A stretch of DNA of 64,000 nt from a candidate division WOR-3 bacterium (GCA_039803205.1 JBDRYB010000001.1:171413-235412); one strand, 5' to 3'. Positions 29,536 through 39,868 are shown, counted from the stretch's first letter. Numbers and translations are program-made. Notes: generated by a model from the sequence alone, not told the origin.

Positions 29536-31371
29536 TCACACCCTTCCCAGCCACCTTCGGATGCCCCACTCAGCCCCAAGCAGGAGGACGGGAAGGATGA
29601 GGAGCCAGGGCAAATCCAGGAATCTCAAAGGAGGCGACTGCGTTCTCATCCCTTCGATGAATCTCCGAATGTCCTCCGGCGAGCGCGCGATGAAACCGCC
29701 CGAGCCCTCTGAAAGCCCCCTCAGGAAATTCGTATCAACTCCCCAATCGTAGGCCTCGGCCGGCCAAGGAGACACGGAAAACCCGACCGTTTTGCTCCCG
29801 ACAACCTCCCCGCCCCTGTAGAAATCCACCCTCAAGGAGTGATCCCCTGGCTCTAGGGCCAACGGGCCGGACTGGAAAACCCCCGGCCCTATCTTCCTCA
29901 TGGGCTCTCTCCCTATCCTCGGCCATATATCCTCTGCTGGTGAGCCATCCGCGAGCCTCGCCTCCGCGTTCACGAAACCGGGCTGGCCGTAGTGGAGGTC
30001 CTCTGCCCAGGCTGAGAGCGCCAGCCCCTCTGAGAGGGCTTTTGAAACGAAATCGGAGAGTATCAACCTGTATAGCTCGCCCCCTGAGGCGTTGTTCTGG
30101 GCCCAGAGAGCTGGCGATGCCACATAGAGCACGCCCTCCCTCCTGAAGACAATGGGCCAGGCCCCTGCCGAAAGCATGACCTCCTGGGCCTGGTTCGTTG
30201 GGACCCTCCAGAACCTCGTTAGGGGGGGAATGCCCCTCAGAACGCTGTCCGGAATGGGGGAACCCGGCGCTGGGCTGAGGTAGATCCCATCGCCAGCGTA
30301 TTCCGAGGCACCCGGTATTCCCCAGGGGTCGGAACTCATGAAGACCAAGCAGGGGCTTTTGCCGAGATACCTTCCGAGCTCCCTCCTGGACCCTATGAGA
30401 ACGAGGGCATCCGCGTCTCCCTCCGGACCCCCTGAATCCCTCACGCTGTCCCCCACGAGCTCAGCCCACCTCCCCCCTGCCACCCGGACGAAGGACCTCA
30501 AGCTTATTCCAGGAACCCCCTCAAGCGCTCTCCTCACAGCACCGACATCCGGCCACGGCCCGTCGGCTATCAGGAAAACCTCAAAGCCCCCTTTCTCAAC
30601 AGCGATTGACCTCGTCCTCGCGTTGTCATCTGGCGGATCGCCCTGAACATCTGGGGAGAAACTCGCCCTTATTCTCGCGAGGCCAGGCTTCCTCACGCTC
30701 AGCATTAGCCCTATGAAACCGCTTCCCTCGGATAGGGAAAGGGCGCTGTCCTTGACTAACTCTCCGTTCACGGATACCCTCAGCCTCCCGCGCCAGTCTC
30801 CGCCCCTCAGAGCGAATCTCACGGTTAACGGGAATTCCTGGCCGAGATTGACATGTCTCGGCGCCTCAAGGCCCAAAACCGAGAGGTTGAAGGCCCTTCT
30901 CTTTGGGGGCAGTAGCGCGAGGACAGGGGCCTTTGGCTCCGGTTCGCTCGTCGCGTTGTGAAGCCCATCTGAGAGAAGGATGTATGCATCCGCTCCAAGT
31001 GAAAAGGGAAGGCTCAGATCCGTGTAATCCGATGAATCGACGGAGAGGGGCGTCTTCGGGTCCCGGATCAGCCTCCCTGAGACCCCAAGGAGGGATTTCT
31101 CGCCGGGGAGAGAGCGAATCTCCCCGAGCAGGGAATCCTCCCAGGCCATAGCCTCCCCCATGCTCGGAGAGAGGTCAAGAACGACGAGAAGGTGCGGATA
31201 CTCGGCCTTGCCCGCGCCCAGCCTTGGATTGATGAGGAGGGCTATCAACATGGCAAAGGCCAAGGCCCTCATGAGGAGCAGATACCAAGGCCCACGCCTA
31301 TACAGGATGAACGAGGAGCCTATCCCTAGGATGAGGGAGAGAAGGAGGAGGGTCATGATGGTCTGGTTCAA
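29536..31371 (-). CDS. Membrane-anchored VWA-domain protein with Ig-like domains
   Basis: N-terminal TMs, MIDAS-like DLSPSM and LLSDG, C-terminal L..LS..SGG and EWGIRRW.G. Confidence 0.7.
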   Translation of the reverse strand: MNQTIMTLLLLSLILGIGSSFILYRRGPWYLLLMRALAFAMLIALLINPRLGAGKAEYPHLLVVLDLSPSMGEAMAWEDSLLGEIRSLPGEKSLLGVSGRLIRDPKTPLSVDSSDYTDLSLPFSLGADAYILLSDGLHNATSEPEPKAPVLALLPPKRRAFNLSVLGLEAPRHVNLGQEFPLTVRFALRGGDWRGRLRVSVNGELVKDSALSLSEGSGFIGLMLSVRKPGLARIRASFSPDVQGDPPDDNARTRSIAVEKGGFEVFLIADGPWPDVGAVRRALEGVPGISLRSFVRVAGGRWAELVGDSVRDSGGPEGDADALVLIGSRRELGRYLGKSPCLVFMSSDPWGIPGASEYAGDGIYLSPAPGSPIPDSVLRGIPPLTRFWRVPTNQAQEVMLSAGAWPIVFRREGVLYVASPALWAQNNASGGELYRLILSDFVSKALSEGLALSAWAEDLHYGQPGFVNAEARLADGSPAEDIWPRIGREPMRKIGPGVFQSGPLALEPGDHSLRVDFYRGGEVVGSKTVGFSVSPWPAEAYDWGVDTNFLRGLSEGSGGFIARSPEDIRRFIEGMRTQSPPLRFLDLPWLLILPVLLLGAEWGIRRWLGRV

Positions 31372-31682
31372 GCTTCGGGAGAAAAAATCCTCAGACCCAG
31401 CTCCTCAAACTTCTTGAAATCCTTGACATTATTTGTTACCAGGGGTATTCCCAGTTCCAGAGCGGTTGCGGCTATCCAGATGTCAGACCAGTGCTTGCGG
31501 GGCTTGAAGCCGGTTCTCTTAACAAGATGAATGGCCAAGGAAACAGCCCTGCGTATCAAGCTGGTAGATGAGTGATAGATTTCACATTTTGCCAGGAACT
31601 CCTTCCAGGTGGCAAGAAACTGGTGGCGGTTCTCGTCTGATTCCAACCAGAATTCTATCGTATCCAGCACTATAGCATTCAA
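31368..31682 (-). CDS. PIN-domain (VapC-like) ribonuclease
   Basis: IVLDT at the N-terminus; SDIWIAATALELGIPLVTNNVKDF. Confidence 0.85.
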   Translation of the reverse strand: MNAIVLDTIEFWLESDENRHQFLATWKEFLAKCEIYHSSTSLIRRAVSLAIHLVKRTGFKPRKHWSDIWIAATALELGIPLVTNNVKDFKKFEELGLRIFSPEA

Positions 31683-32575
31683 CTCTCGTCCTCCTCGCTA
31701 CTTCCCCAAAGGATTTCTCTGATCTCTTGAAGTTGACTTTCGCTGGGCATATCAGGTATCATGCCCACGAATCTCTGGAAATCAGTGGGTTCAAGGTGTT
31801 CCTTGTCCTCCCAGGGAAAGAGCTCGGCCTCAGAGGCTATGGCCTCAATGCGAAAACGCAGTATCCTCTCCGTCTTCTTGTCTATCTCGGCAAAACCCTT
31901 TACCTTCACATTCCTCCTGAACGGGTGAAGGTGATGGTATACAGTTTCCTCAAGGGAAGGTGGATAAGAACACCTTATCTGACCGAGATGGGGGTTTATC
32001 AAGAGGCACTTCTCCTTAGAGTGCCTGAAGTCAGCCTCCACGAGCTTGCCTACCAGTATCATGGGCTTGATAAGAGGCTTCTCCAGAAACTCCTTGAAGG
32101 CGTGGTATGCCGATTCGTTATAGACGCGTTCCCGTTTTCTCCTGGGCATCCTGACCTCAATGGGCCCTATCATTCTCAGGACCTTGGGGGGCGCGAGATC
32201 AGCAAGCTCCTTTACTATGGGCAGTAGATCGGGGGAGGCCTCCCGTTCATCCTCTACATGTTCCCAGGTTTCCATGAGAAGCTCCAAGGCCCTTTCGGGC
32301 GCGAGCTCGGGTTCCACATCCGGCTCCGGGGTCAGGGGCCCGGGCGCGGGTTTGGGAGCAACGAGGCCTATCTGGGTAGAACCCTGTTCCCACGCCGCAA
32401 TCCTCAGGCCAAAGCGTTCCGGATCAAACCTTATTCCCTTTATTATTTGCCCAAGAGCGGCCCTATAGGCAGAATTGAATTTCCCAAGCACCCTCAGCAG
32501 AGCATCAAGGGGCAGCTCACCTTCCTCCGCCTCCGTGAAGCGCAGAACAACCAAAACCTCTTCCATTTTCCTCAA
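31679..32575 (-). CDS. Hypothetical protein coupled to the PIN gene
   Basis: 298-aa ORF with a 4-nt overlap; OB-like C-terminal half and antitoxin-like tail. Confidence 0.65.
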   Translation of the reverse strand: MRKMEEVLVVLRFTEAEEGELPLDALLRVLGKFNSAYRAALGQIIKGIRFDPERFGLRIAAWEQGSTQIGLVAPKPAPGPLTPEPDVEPELAPERALELLMETWEHVEDEREASPDLLPIVKELADLAPPKVLRMIGPIEVRMPRRKRERVYNESAYHAFKEFLEKPLIKPMILVGKLVEADFRHSKEKCLLINPHLGQIRCSYPPSLEETVYHHLHPFRRNVKVKGFAEIDKKTERILRFRIEAIASEAELFPWEDKEHLEPTDFQRFVGMIPDMPSESQLQEIREILWGSSEEDES

Positions 32576-32629
32576 GGCAAACCTCCCTGAGCTGTTATAA
32601 TATTAGCGCAGGGTCGCGAGCGATTGCAA

Positions 32630-33361
32630 TCATTTCCAAAAAAGATCAACTGACCCCATGAAGTAATCCAGGCCCTCTGCCCCGATGTCCAGCGAGGCAA
32701 AAGGCAGGCCCAGGCCGAACCCCCATGTGAGGCCCCTCTCCCTCGTGAAGGGGTTCTCCCTCCAGCCAGCCCTCGCGGATATGTCGGCAAAGGATGCGAC
32801 GGTGAAGGATGCGTCAAACCCAGCGCTCATCCTCCACTTCCGCTCCCCCCACGGCTGTCTGAGGTCCAGAATGACGATATATGGAACGCTGTATCCCGTG
32901 ACCAAGGATAAAGAAAGCCCTGTCTCCGGCTCGCGGACGAGCTCGTATAGGGCCAGGCCACCAGCGAGCCTCCCGAGGCCCCTTATTGATGCCTGCGGCA
33001 CCAAACCAAGGCTAATGTGGACTCGGTGGTCCTGGCCATCGTGGGAGTATGCCCCTAGCCCACCGAGGGAGAGCCAGCTTAGGAGGGCCTTGCTCAGAGA
33101 GACCCCGTATTCCCACTCATCTGAGGCGAATGAGCCGTATACCAGGGAATTGAACTCGTGCGCTGGAAGTATGACGGCTAATGATTGGGTGTCCCCGGCC
33201 CATGTCCTAGCGTAGATGCCCTCAAGCCTGTTGAAGAGGCCGAGGGTTCCAGGGTTATCCCGCGCGGCTCCTGGGTCATATGGAAGCCCTGATAGGGAAC
33301 CGAGCGCAACGGCCTTGGCGCTCCAGAAGGCTCCGAGTAGGATAGTGCCCAAGCCGGTCAT
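32630..33361 (-). CDS. Outer-membrane beta-barrel, PorV/PorQ/FadL-like
   Basis: SAKAVALG...DPGAARDNPGTLG resembles the family N-terminal motif; amphipathic strands, ARAGW, TWGFGL, aromatic C-terminus. Confidence 0.55.
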   Translation of the reverse strand: MTGLGTILLGAFWSAKAVALGSLSGLPYDPGAARDNPGTLGLFNRLEGIYARTWAGDTQSLAVILPAHEFNSLVYGSFASDEWEYGVSLSKALLSWLSLGGLGAYSHDGQDHRVHISLGLVPQASIRGLGRLAGGLALYELVREPETGLSLSLVTGYSVPYIVILDLRQPWGERKWRMSAGFDASFTVASFADISARAGWRENPFTRERGLTWGFGLGLPFASLDIGAEGLDYFMGSVDLFWK

Positions 33362-33400
33362 CGCTCTGGCAGAAATTATGAACCACAGGCCGCGGTTTTT

Positions 33401-33835
33401 TCAAAATCCCGCGCCAGCTCGCTCAGGGTGTATGATCACCTCCCACTCCAGCCTCGCTATGGCCTTGAGGTGAGCCGAGACAGAGCAGTATTTCTCAATT
33501 GAAAGCCTTGCCGCTTTCTCGTAATCCCCCCTGTTTTTCTCCTGGCCAACGAAGTGATACTCAATCCTTATCTCCTCGTAGACCCTCGGATGGGTTTCGG
33601 CCCTCCGGCCTTCTATGTCGATCCAGAAATCAGAGAAACCGACCCCGGTTTTCCCCAATATGGAGACCACATCCATGCCAGTGCAGGCCGCCGCGCACGC
33701 CAGGAGGGTCTCCATGGGCGTGGGGCCCTCTCCGCCTCGCTCGGGGCCGACATCAAAATGAATGGGGCGGCCCGATGGCCCCTGGGCCACGAACCTCATT
33801 CCGGATATGTGATCCAGCCTGAGCTTTGTGGTCAT
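33401..33835 (-). CDS. OsmC/YhfA family protein
   Basis: GPTPMETLL...ACTGMDV, HPRVY, LSIEKYCSV. Confidence 0.9.
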   Translation of the reverse strand: MTTKLRLDHISGMRFVAQGPSGRPIHFDVGPERGGEGPTPMETLLACAAACTGMDVVSILGKTGVGFSDFWIDIEGRRAETHPRVYEEIRIEYHFVGQEKNRGDYEKAARLSIEKYCSVSAHLKAIARLEWEVIIHPERAGAGF

Positions 33836-34953
33836 TCCTCGAAGCTCCTTTCCTTGGCCTTGAGAAACGCGAAGAGGCTTTCAAGGAGCCGTTTCAGCTC
33901 CTTGGCCTTAGGGTGAGCGTTTAGGGATGACACCTCGTCAAGACAGCCCATAGCCATCTCAAAATCCCCGCTCATAACCAGGGCACAAGCGACATGGTAG
34001 TTTATACGGGGAGAAAGCGAAGGGTCCCTTCGCGCGGCCTCCAAGTATCTCCTTACCGCTTCCTTGTATTTCCCCTGAGCGTAATAGACCTCCCCGAGAA
34101 ACAGGTGAGCGACAGAAAGGGTGGGATCGAGAGCGAGGGCCTTTGCCGCGATGTCCTCTGCCTGCTCAAAATCCTCCATCTCAAAGCGCTCATAGGCCAT
34201 AAGGAGCAACCTGTGCACCACGGGGAACACATCCTGGGGAGGGGTCTCTCGCTCGGTGACCTCAATTACGCCCTTCTCAATCAAGGAGACTACTGCCTTT
34301 GCGACCTCAAATGTGCTCTCTGGGAACTGATCCGCTATCTCGCGGACGGACCTATTCCCGTCAACCGAGGCCAGGACCTTCCACTCGCTCGGCGTGAAGC
34401 TCAGAGGGCCATCCGGGAGGGATTTTGTATATTGGGGCACGACCTCAAAAGAGGGGAGCTTGGACGAGATCCACTCCCACTCGTCAATGTGCCTGGCCCC
34501 CTGAACCAGGAGCTCCAGAGAATCAACCTCAAGGAGATTCAGGGTCTCCGGGACATCCATATCCTTGAATAGGAACCTGCCGCTGTTCCAGCGGAGCAAT
34601 TCGCCCATCCTCTCCTCAGTGAGGCGCTTCGCGTGTCTCGCTACCTCAACCTTCCTCGGGTTATCCGATTCCAGTATCTCAATCAGGGTGTTCAGCTCCG
34701 TGGCCTCACCCGCTTTCAATGCGGGCATTGGGTATCCCATAACCGAGAGGACATCGGACAATTGCTTTCCTCTTCTCAGGTAGATGAACTTTACCTGGCC
34801 CTCCCTGAGAAATATGTTCCCTCTATCACCGATGCCCTCCTCAAGGCTCAGGTGTTCCCTCTCAACGATGAGGACTCCGGTCCTCCTGTTCATCAGGAGT
34901 ATCTGAAGGAGGTCCATCAAGGGGAGATCGGATAATTCGCCCCTAAGAGGCAC
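33832..34953 (-). CDS. DUF4388 (PATAN-like) domain and TPR protein
   Basis: LRGELSDLPLMDLLQIL...TGVL; W.SGRF.F; EWKVL..VDG.RSV; C-terminal TPRs. Confidence 0.8.
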   Translation of the reverse strand: MPLRGELSDLPLMDLLQILLMNRRTGVLIVEREHLSLEEGIGDRGNIFLREGQVKFIYLRRGKQLSDVLSVMGYPMPALKAGEATELNTLIEILESDNPRKVEVARHAKRLTEERMGELLRWNSGRFLFKDMDVPETLNLLEVDSLELLVQGARHIDEWEWISSKLPSFEVVPQYTKSLPDGPLSFTPSEWKVLASVDGNRSVREIADQFPESTFEVAKAVVSLIEKGVIEVTERETPPQDVFPVVHRLLLMAYERFEMEDFEQAEDIAAKALALDPTLSVAHLFLGEVYYAQGKYKEAVRRYLEAARRDPSLSPRINYHVACALVMSGDFEMAMGCLDEVSSLNAHPKAKELKRLLESLFAFLKAKERSFEE

Positions 34954-37285
34954 CTCTTCCTCCTTTTTGTTTTGAAACCTCTGCCATCAGGTATGCTCTC
35001 ATGTTCTCCAGCTGGGCTATGTTCCGCTTTGCCTTCCACGCGAGGGCCTGGTCATAAGCGAGGCTCTCAACCTCTTTCCAGTTCTTTATAGCGGCCTCAT
35101 AGGCTCCCCTTATAGCGCACATCAGGCCCATGAGGTAGAACACCCTTGCCCTGTCAACGCCGGTTTTCAGAGCCTCCTCAAGGCGCTCAGAGGCCTCGTC
35201 ATATCGCTCTCGGAGAAAAGCGACCTCACCGAGAAACAGATGGCCTCTCGGGTCCCCTCTGGAGATGAGGGCCTGGGCTATCCGCTGAACCTCATCGTGT
35301 TTTCCGGATGAGATCATGAGCTCCCCGACCCAGAACAGGGCCTCCGGGTTCTCGTGATCCAGGAGAAGGGCCTTTTTCAGGAACATCTCTGCCTCCCTGG
35401 GCCTTCTGAGCCTCAGAAGAACCCTCCCTGCCCATGCCCAGAGATCGGGGTCTTTCTCCTGGCCCTTGAGCATGTAAAGTATGTGTTTGAGGGCCGCTGC
35501 CCAGTTGCCGAGCCACTCCTCTGAGAGGGCCAAAAGGAGCCTGTCCTCAGGCGTAGGGTTGGTTATGGAAGAGAGATACTCCCTTGCCTCCCTGAACCTT
35601 CCGGATCGGAAATAGACGAGGGCCTTGACCCTCAGGAAACGCTGATCAAAAGGAGAGGCCTTCAGGAGTTCGTCCAATATTGCCAGAACATCCCTGTGCT
35701 TCCCGGTCTCAAGGAGCTTGTCCAGGACCTCATCAAGCCTTCCGCTCCTTTCCAGCTCCTCTGCTGGCGGAAGGGATTCCGAGACCTCAACCGGTATATC
35801 AAATGATAGGCCCCTGAAGGCGAAAAACATGGTGTCTTTCCTGTAGTAGTGCCGGATCGCCCTTGCCTGGCGCATGAACTCAAAGAAACGGGCAAAGCTC
35901 TTTTTCTTGAAATATATGGAGCCCAGGCCTATAAGAGCATCCCCGAAGCCAGGGTCTATCCTGAGAGCCGAGAGGAGCTCCTTTTCCGCGCCCTCATCAT
36001 CCCCCAGAACCCTTTTTATCTCCGAGAGCAGGTTGTGATAGTGAACGCCTTCCCCCCTGGCCTCCTTGAAATGTTCAAGGGCTCTGGCCGCTCCTTCCGC
36101 ATCCCCTGACCTGAGAAGGATATACGCCTTGTTGTAGAAGGCCACCGGAATGCTCTCGGCCTTGCTGAGTTGAGGGAGCGCTTCCCCAGGGGAGCGGTTC
36201 ACGAGGTAAAGTAGAACGCCGTAATTTAGGCAGGCGAACTCGTCCCCGGATTCAGCGGCCAGGCTCGCGGATTCCAGGGCTGGTTTGGCCCTTCCCATGA
36301 AATACGAGTTCAGGGCCCTCAGGATGAGCGCCTCTGTGTTCGGGTGGGGCATGCTGTTGAGGAGGAGCATGCTCGTTGAATGCTGGCCCTCCAAGAAATA
36401 TAGGAGCGCCTCTGCCATGAGGGCCTTTTGGGTTTCCTGGGGGCTTGTGGCGAACTTCTTCGCCTTCTCTATCTCCCTCTCAGCATCGGAGAAAAGCCCC
36501 TTGCCCATGTAAGCCTCCGCGAGCTCCAACCTTGACTGGAACGGGTCTCCACCCGCCTCAGGCTCAGGCTCTACCTCAGGCTCGGCTTCCACGCTGAGGA
36601 CATCCTCCGCCTCAGTCAGCTTCGGGTTTATTGCTGATGCCTTCTCAACGCACTCAAGCGCCTTGTCCAAGAGCCCCATCTCCCCGTAGACGAAAGAGAG
36701 CAGGTAATATGTCTCAGCGGAATCGGGGTCAAGTTGCCTCGCCTTTTCCAGCTCCTGAAGGGCAATATCAAGGCGCTGGGTGTTGTAGTGAACCTCACCG
36801 AGGAGCCTGTATGCCTCTGCCGAGCCAGGGTCCACCTCCACCACCCTCTTCAAGAAACCCTCAGCTCCGTGATAATCCCTGCGCTTTCTCAGTATCCTCG
36901 CGGCACCGAGGAGCGCCCTCGTCTCAGACGGCCTCACGCTGAGAACGGACATGAACTCCGCGAGGGCCTCGTTGCTCCTGCCCATGTTGGAGAGCGCTTC
37001 GGCAGTCGCCAGGCGCCTTGCGATCGCATCCGGATACCCCTGCGCCCTTGAGAGATAATATTCAAGGACATCGTCCTTCCTCCCTACGGTTCTGAGAACG
37101 GCCTCAAGGTTTCGCCTCGCTGGTTCAAAGTTGGGGTCTATCTCAAGCGCCCTCTCCAGCTCCCGAACAGCGTCCTCCGCATATCCCTTCCTGAAAAGTA
37201 TTACCGCTATGTTGTTGTGCGCGTGGGGATCGCGAGGGTCCAGCCTCTCCGCGAGCCCAACCAGAAACCCTCGTTCATCCATCAT
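34943..37285 (-). CDS. Large tetratricopeptide repeat protein
   Basis: Numerous TPRs (AHNNIAVILFRKG..EDA...ALEIDP). Confidence 0.85.
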   Translation of the reverse strand: MMDERGFLVGLAERLDPRDPHAHNNIAVILFRKGYAEDAVRELERALEIDPNFEPARRNLEAVLRTVGRKDDVLEYYLSRAQGYPDAIARRLATAEALSNMGRSNEALAEFMSVLSVRPSETRALLGAARILRKRRDYHGAEGFLKRVVEVDPGSAEAYRLLGEVHYNTQRLDIALQELEKARQLDPDSAETYYLLSFVYGEMGLLDKALECVEKASAINPKLTEAEDVLSVEAEPEVEPEPEAGGDPFQSRLELAEAYMGKGLFSDAEREIEKAKKFATSPQETQKALMAEALLYFLEGQHSTSMLLLNSMPHPNTEALILRALNSYFMGRAKPALESASLAAESGDEFACLNYGVLLYLVNRSPGEALPQLSKAESIPVAFYNKAYILLRSGDAEGAARALEHFKEARGEGVHYHNLLSEIKRVLGDDEGAEKELLSALRIDPGFGDALIGLGSIYFKKKSFARFFEFMRQARAIRHYYRKDTMFFAFRGLSFDIPVEVSESLPPAEELERSGRLDEVLDKLLETGKHRDVLAILDELLKASPFDQRFLRVKALVYFRSGRFREAREYLSSITNPTPEDRLLLALSEEWLGNWAAALKHILYMLKGQEKDPDLWAWAGRVLLRLRRPREAEMFLKKALLLDHENPEALFWVGELMISSGKHDEVQRIAQALISRGDPRGHLFLGEVAFLRERYDEASERLEEALKTGVDRARVFYLMGLMCAIRGAYEAAIKNWKEVESLAYDQALAWKAKRNIAQLENMRAYLMAEVSKQKGGRGAS

Positions 37286-37878
37286 CCCAGCATTTCCCCT
37301 ATCTTCTCAGCGAAAATGGCTATGGATTCCTGCAACGGCACGAATATCATCTCCCATGTGACCTTGGACTCTACCCTCATCTCAACCTCTATCCCTATGA
37401 ATAGAGAGCCCGGGGTCCCGGCCTGGTCAACGAACCCTGAGACGATATCCCCGTGTGGGCCGCGCTCCACCCTCGGGGTTGACTGAAAAGCGACCAGATC
37501 CATCATGTTCGCCATGGCTGAGAGGAAAGCGCCTGAGACGATGTGAGCGGTCTCGGCCAGGCCTGATATGGCTAGTTCCTCGTTCTCCGAGAGATTCCCC
37601 TCTGGCCAGAGCGCCTCAAGTATTGGCCTTGCGGAGGATTCTGAGACGCACATGAGGACCCATCCCTTGATGTCCCCAAGGACCCTAAACCTGAAGCCGA
37701 AGACAGGCGTTCTGTCCCCGTCAAAAGCCTCCCTCGCCTCAGAGAGGGTGCCGTGCCAGACCCTCGGAACAGCTATGCTTACGGGCCTGCCGAGGAGGGT
37801 TGAGAGGGCTGTAGCGCCGTGTCCTGAGCCTATGTTTATTATCTCCCTGAGGCCGTCCAAGAGCTCCTCATCCCTCAT
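37282..37878 (-). CDS. cheC: CheY-P phosphatase CheC family
   Basis: REIINIGSGHGATALS.LL...I.VP; second site ETAHIV is degenerate. Confidence 0.85.
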   Translation of the reverse strand: MRDEELLDGLREIINIGSGHGATALSTLLGRPVSIAVPRVWHGTLSEAREAFDGDRTPVFGFRFRVLGDIKGWVLMCVSESSARPILEALWPEGNLSENEELAISGLAETAHIVSGAFLSAMANMMDLVAFQSTPRVERGPHGDIVSGFVDQAGTPGSLFIGIEVEMRVESKVTWEMIFVPLQESIAIFAEKIGEMLG

Positions 37879-38246
37879 GCGCTCTCCCTGAGAACCCTCC
37901 CTATGACCTCAAGAACCACAGAGGGGTGAAACGGCTTGACTATGAAATCCTTGGCTCCGGAGCTCATGGCCTCAGATACGAGGCTCTGCTGGCCCATGGC
38001 CGATACCACCACTATCCTCGCCTTCGGATCCGAAGCCATTATCTCCTTTATGGCGTCTATCCCGGACATATCTGGCATGACGAGGTCCATCGTCACCACA
38101 TCCGGCTTAAGCCTCTTGTAAAGGGCTATCGCCTCTGAACCCGTCTCCGCCTCACCGGAGACCTCGTAGCCCCCCTCCTCAAGTATCTTGGCGAGGAGCT
38201 TTCGCATGAACTTGGCATCGTCAGCAATGAGAACCCTGTTCCTCAT
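37875..38246 (-). CDS. cheY: Single-domain response regulator, CheY-like
   Basis: VLIADDAKFMR, PDVVTMDLVMP, SAMGQQ, DFIVKPF. Confidence 0.85.
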   Translation of the reverse strand: MRNRVLIADDAKFMRKLLAKILEEGGYEVSGEAETGSEAIALYKRLKPDVVTMDLVMPDMSGIDAIKEIMASDPKARIVVVSAMGQQSLVSEAMSSGAKDFIVKPFHPSVVLEVIGRVLRESA

Positions 38247-38293
38247 CGGGCAAATTATAATGGGTTGGCGGGGGTTATCTCAATTTCGGGGGC

Positions 38294-39817
38294 CTACCTC
38301 ACCGCCAATTTCCCCTTTTGTATATTGGTCTCCCAGATGTAGACCCCTGGCTCAAGGGGGATCCGGTTCTCGCCCTCGTGCAATTCGCCGGAATAGACTA
38401 GCCTTCCGTCGGATTTGTATATCTTTATCCCAACATCATAAGGGGAAATGAAAAGCGCGCCTCCGGGGACCGGGGAGCAGGTTATTTTGGGCCTGTTATA
38501 AACATCCCTTTCTTCAACGGCTGGCGGACAAACATCGGTTATAGTCAGGCTCGGGGTAGTTATAGTGGGGCTTGGGGATGATGTCTGAGGGGAGCAAGTC
38601 GTCACGCTAACCGAGGGCGAGGATGTGATCAGCGAGGGCGTTCCAACGGTTGGGGAGCATTCCTGAACACAGCCGGGATAGTTCCCGTCAGAACCCAGCT
38701 TGAGGACGAGGAAATAAGAACCGCCGGTGCCGAAACTCCTTGTGTATCCAGCGACAGCGTAGCCTCCGTCAGAAGTTTGGATTATGGAGCGGGCATCGTC
38801 ATAATCCGTTCCACCAAATGTCCTTGCCCAAACGAGAGAACCGTTGGAGTTCAGCTTGAGAACGAGGAAATCACCATAGCCAGCGCCGAAGCTCTCTGTT
38901 GCTCCCGCAACAGCGTAGCCTCCATCCGAGGTTTGGGTTATGGAGTAGGCCCAGTCATCGCCTATCCCCCCAAAAGTCCTTGCCCAGGCGAGAGAACCGT
39001 TGGAGTTCAGCTTGAGGACGAGGAAATCTTGATTGCCGGCGCCAAAGCTCTTTGTCTCTCCCGCGACAGCGTAGCCTCCATCAGAGGTTTGGGTGATGGA
39101 GAGGGCCCAGTCATAATTTGTTCCCCCAAATGTCCTTGCCCAGGCGAGAGAACCATCCGGGTTCAGCTTGAGGACGAGGAAATCATAATCGCCAGCGCCG
39201 AAACTATGTGTGGCTCCCGCGACAGCATAGCCTCCATCAGAGGTCTGGGTTATGGACTCGGCCCAGTCATCGCCTATCCTCCCAAATGTCCTTGCCCAGG
39301 CGAGAGAGCCATCCGGGTTCAGCTTGAGGACGAGGAAATCTTGATTGCCGGCGCCAAAGCTCTTTGTCTCTCCCGCGACAGCGTAGCCTCCATCAGAGGT
39401 TTGGGTGATGGAGAGGGCCCAGTCATAATTTGTTCCCCCAAATGTCCCTGCCCAGGCGAGAGAACCGTTGGAGTTCAGCTTGAGGACGAAGAAATCGACA
39501 TACCCGGCGCCGAAACTCGGCGTGTATCCCGCGACAGCGTAGCCTCCGTCAGAGGTCTGGGTTATGGAGTGGGCATAGTCCCAGCCCGTTCCACCAAATG
39601 TCCTGGCCCAAGCAACTGAGCCATCCGGATTCAGCTTGAGGACGAGGAAATCACTATTGCCGGCGCCGAAACTATATGTCCATCCCGCGACAGCGTAGCC
39701 TCCGTCCGCAGTCTGGACTATGGAGCGGGCATCGTCCCAGTTCGTTCCGCCAAAGGCTTTGGCGAAGAGCCACTGAGCGACCAAGATGTTTGTTGTGATA
39801 AAAGCGTATATCATCAT
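38294..39817 (-). CDS. Secreted 52-aa-repeat beta-propeller, paralogue 5 (copy A)
   Basis: Seven near-identical 156-bp repeats; start 39817 or 39814 after GGAGGG. Confidence 0.88.
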   Translation of the reverse strand: MMIYAFITTNILVAQWLFAKAFGGTNWDDARSIVQTADGGYAVAGWTYSFGAGNSDFLVLKLNPDGSVAWARTFGGTGWDYAHSITQTSDGGYAVAGYTPSFGAGYVDFFVLKLNSNGSLAWAGTFGGTNYDWALSITQTSDGGYAVAGETKSFGAGNQDFLVLKLNPDGSLAWARTFGRIGDDWAESITQTSDGGYAVAGATHSFGAGDYDFLVLKLNPDGSLAWARTFGGTNYDWALSITQTSDGGYAVAGETKSFGAGNQDFLVLKLNSNGSLAWARTFGGIGDDWAYSITQTSDGGYAVAGATESFGAGYGDFLVLKLNSNGSLVWARTFGGTDYDDARSIIQTSDGGYAVAGYTRSFGTGGSYFLVLKLGSDGNYPGCVQECSPTVGTPSLITSSPSVSVTTCSPQTSSPSPTITTPSLTITDVCPPAVEERDVYNRPKITCSPVPGGALFISPYDVGIKIYKSDGRLVYSGELHEGENRIPLEPGVYIWETNIQKGKLAVR

Positions 39818-39868
39818 AAAACCCTCCGTTACGCCTAAATTATAAACCTTGTCAAGGGGCAAAACAGC

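Noticed and set aside
38777..39619. Long antisense ORFs over the propeller genes (also 50290-50820 and 51745-52413)
   Set aside because: Shadow frames kept open by the repeated sense-strand codons.
39838..39856. TTGACA/TATAAT as a canonical promoter pair before copies A-C
   Set aside because: Spacing is only 5, 6 and 11 nt in the three copies, incompatible with a -35/-10 pair; the -10 alone may still function.
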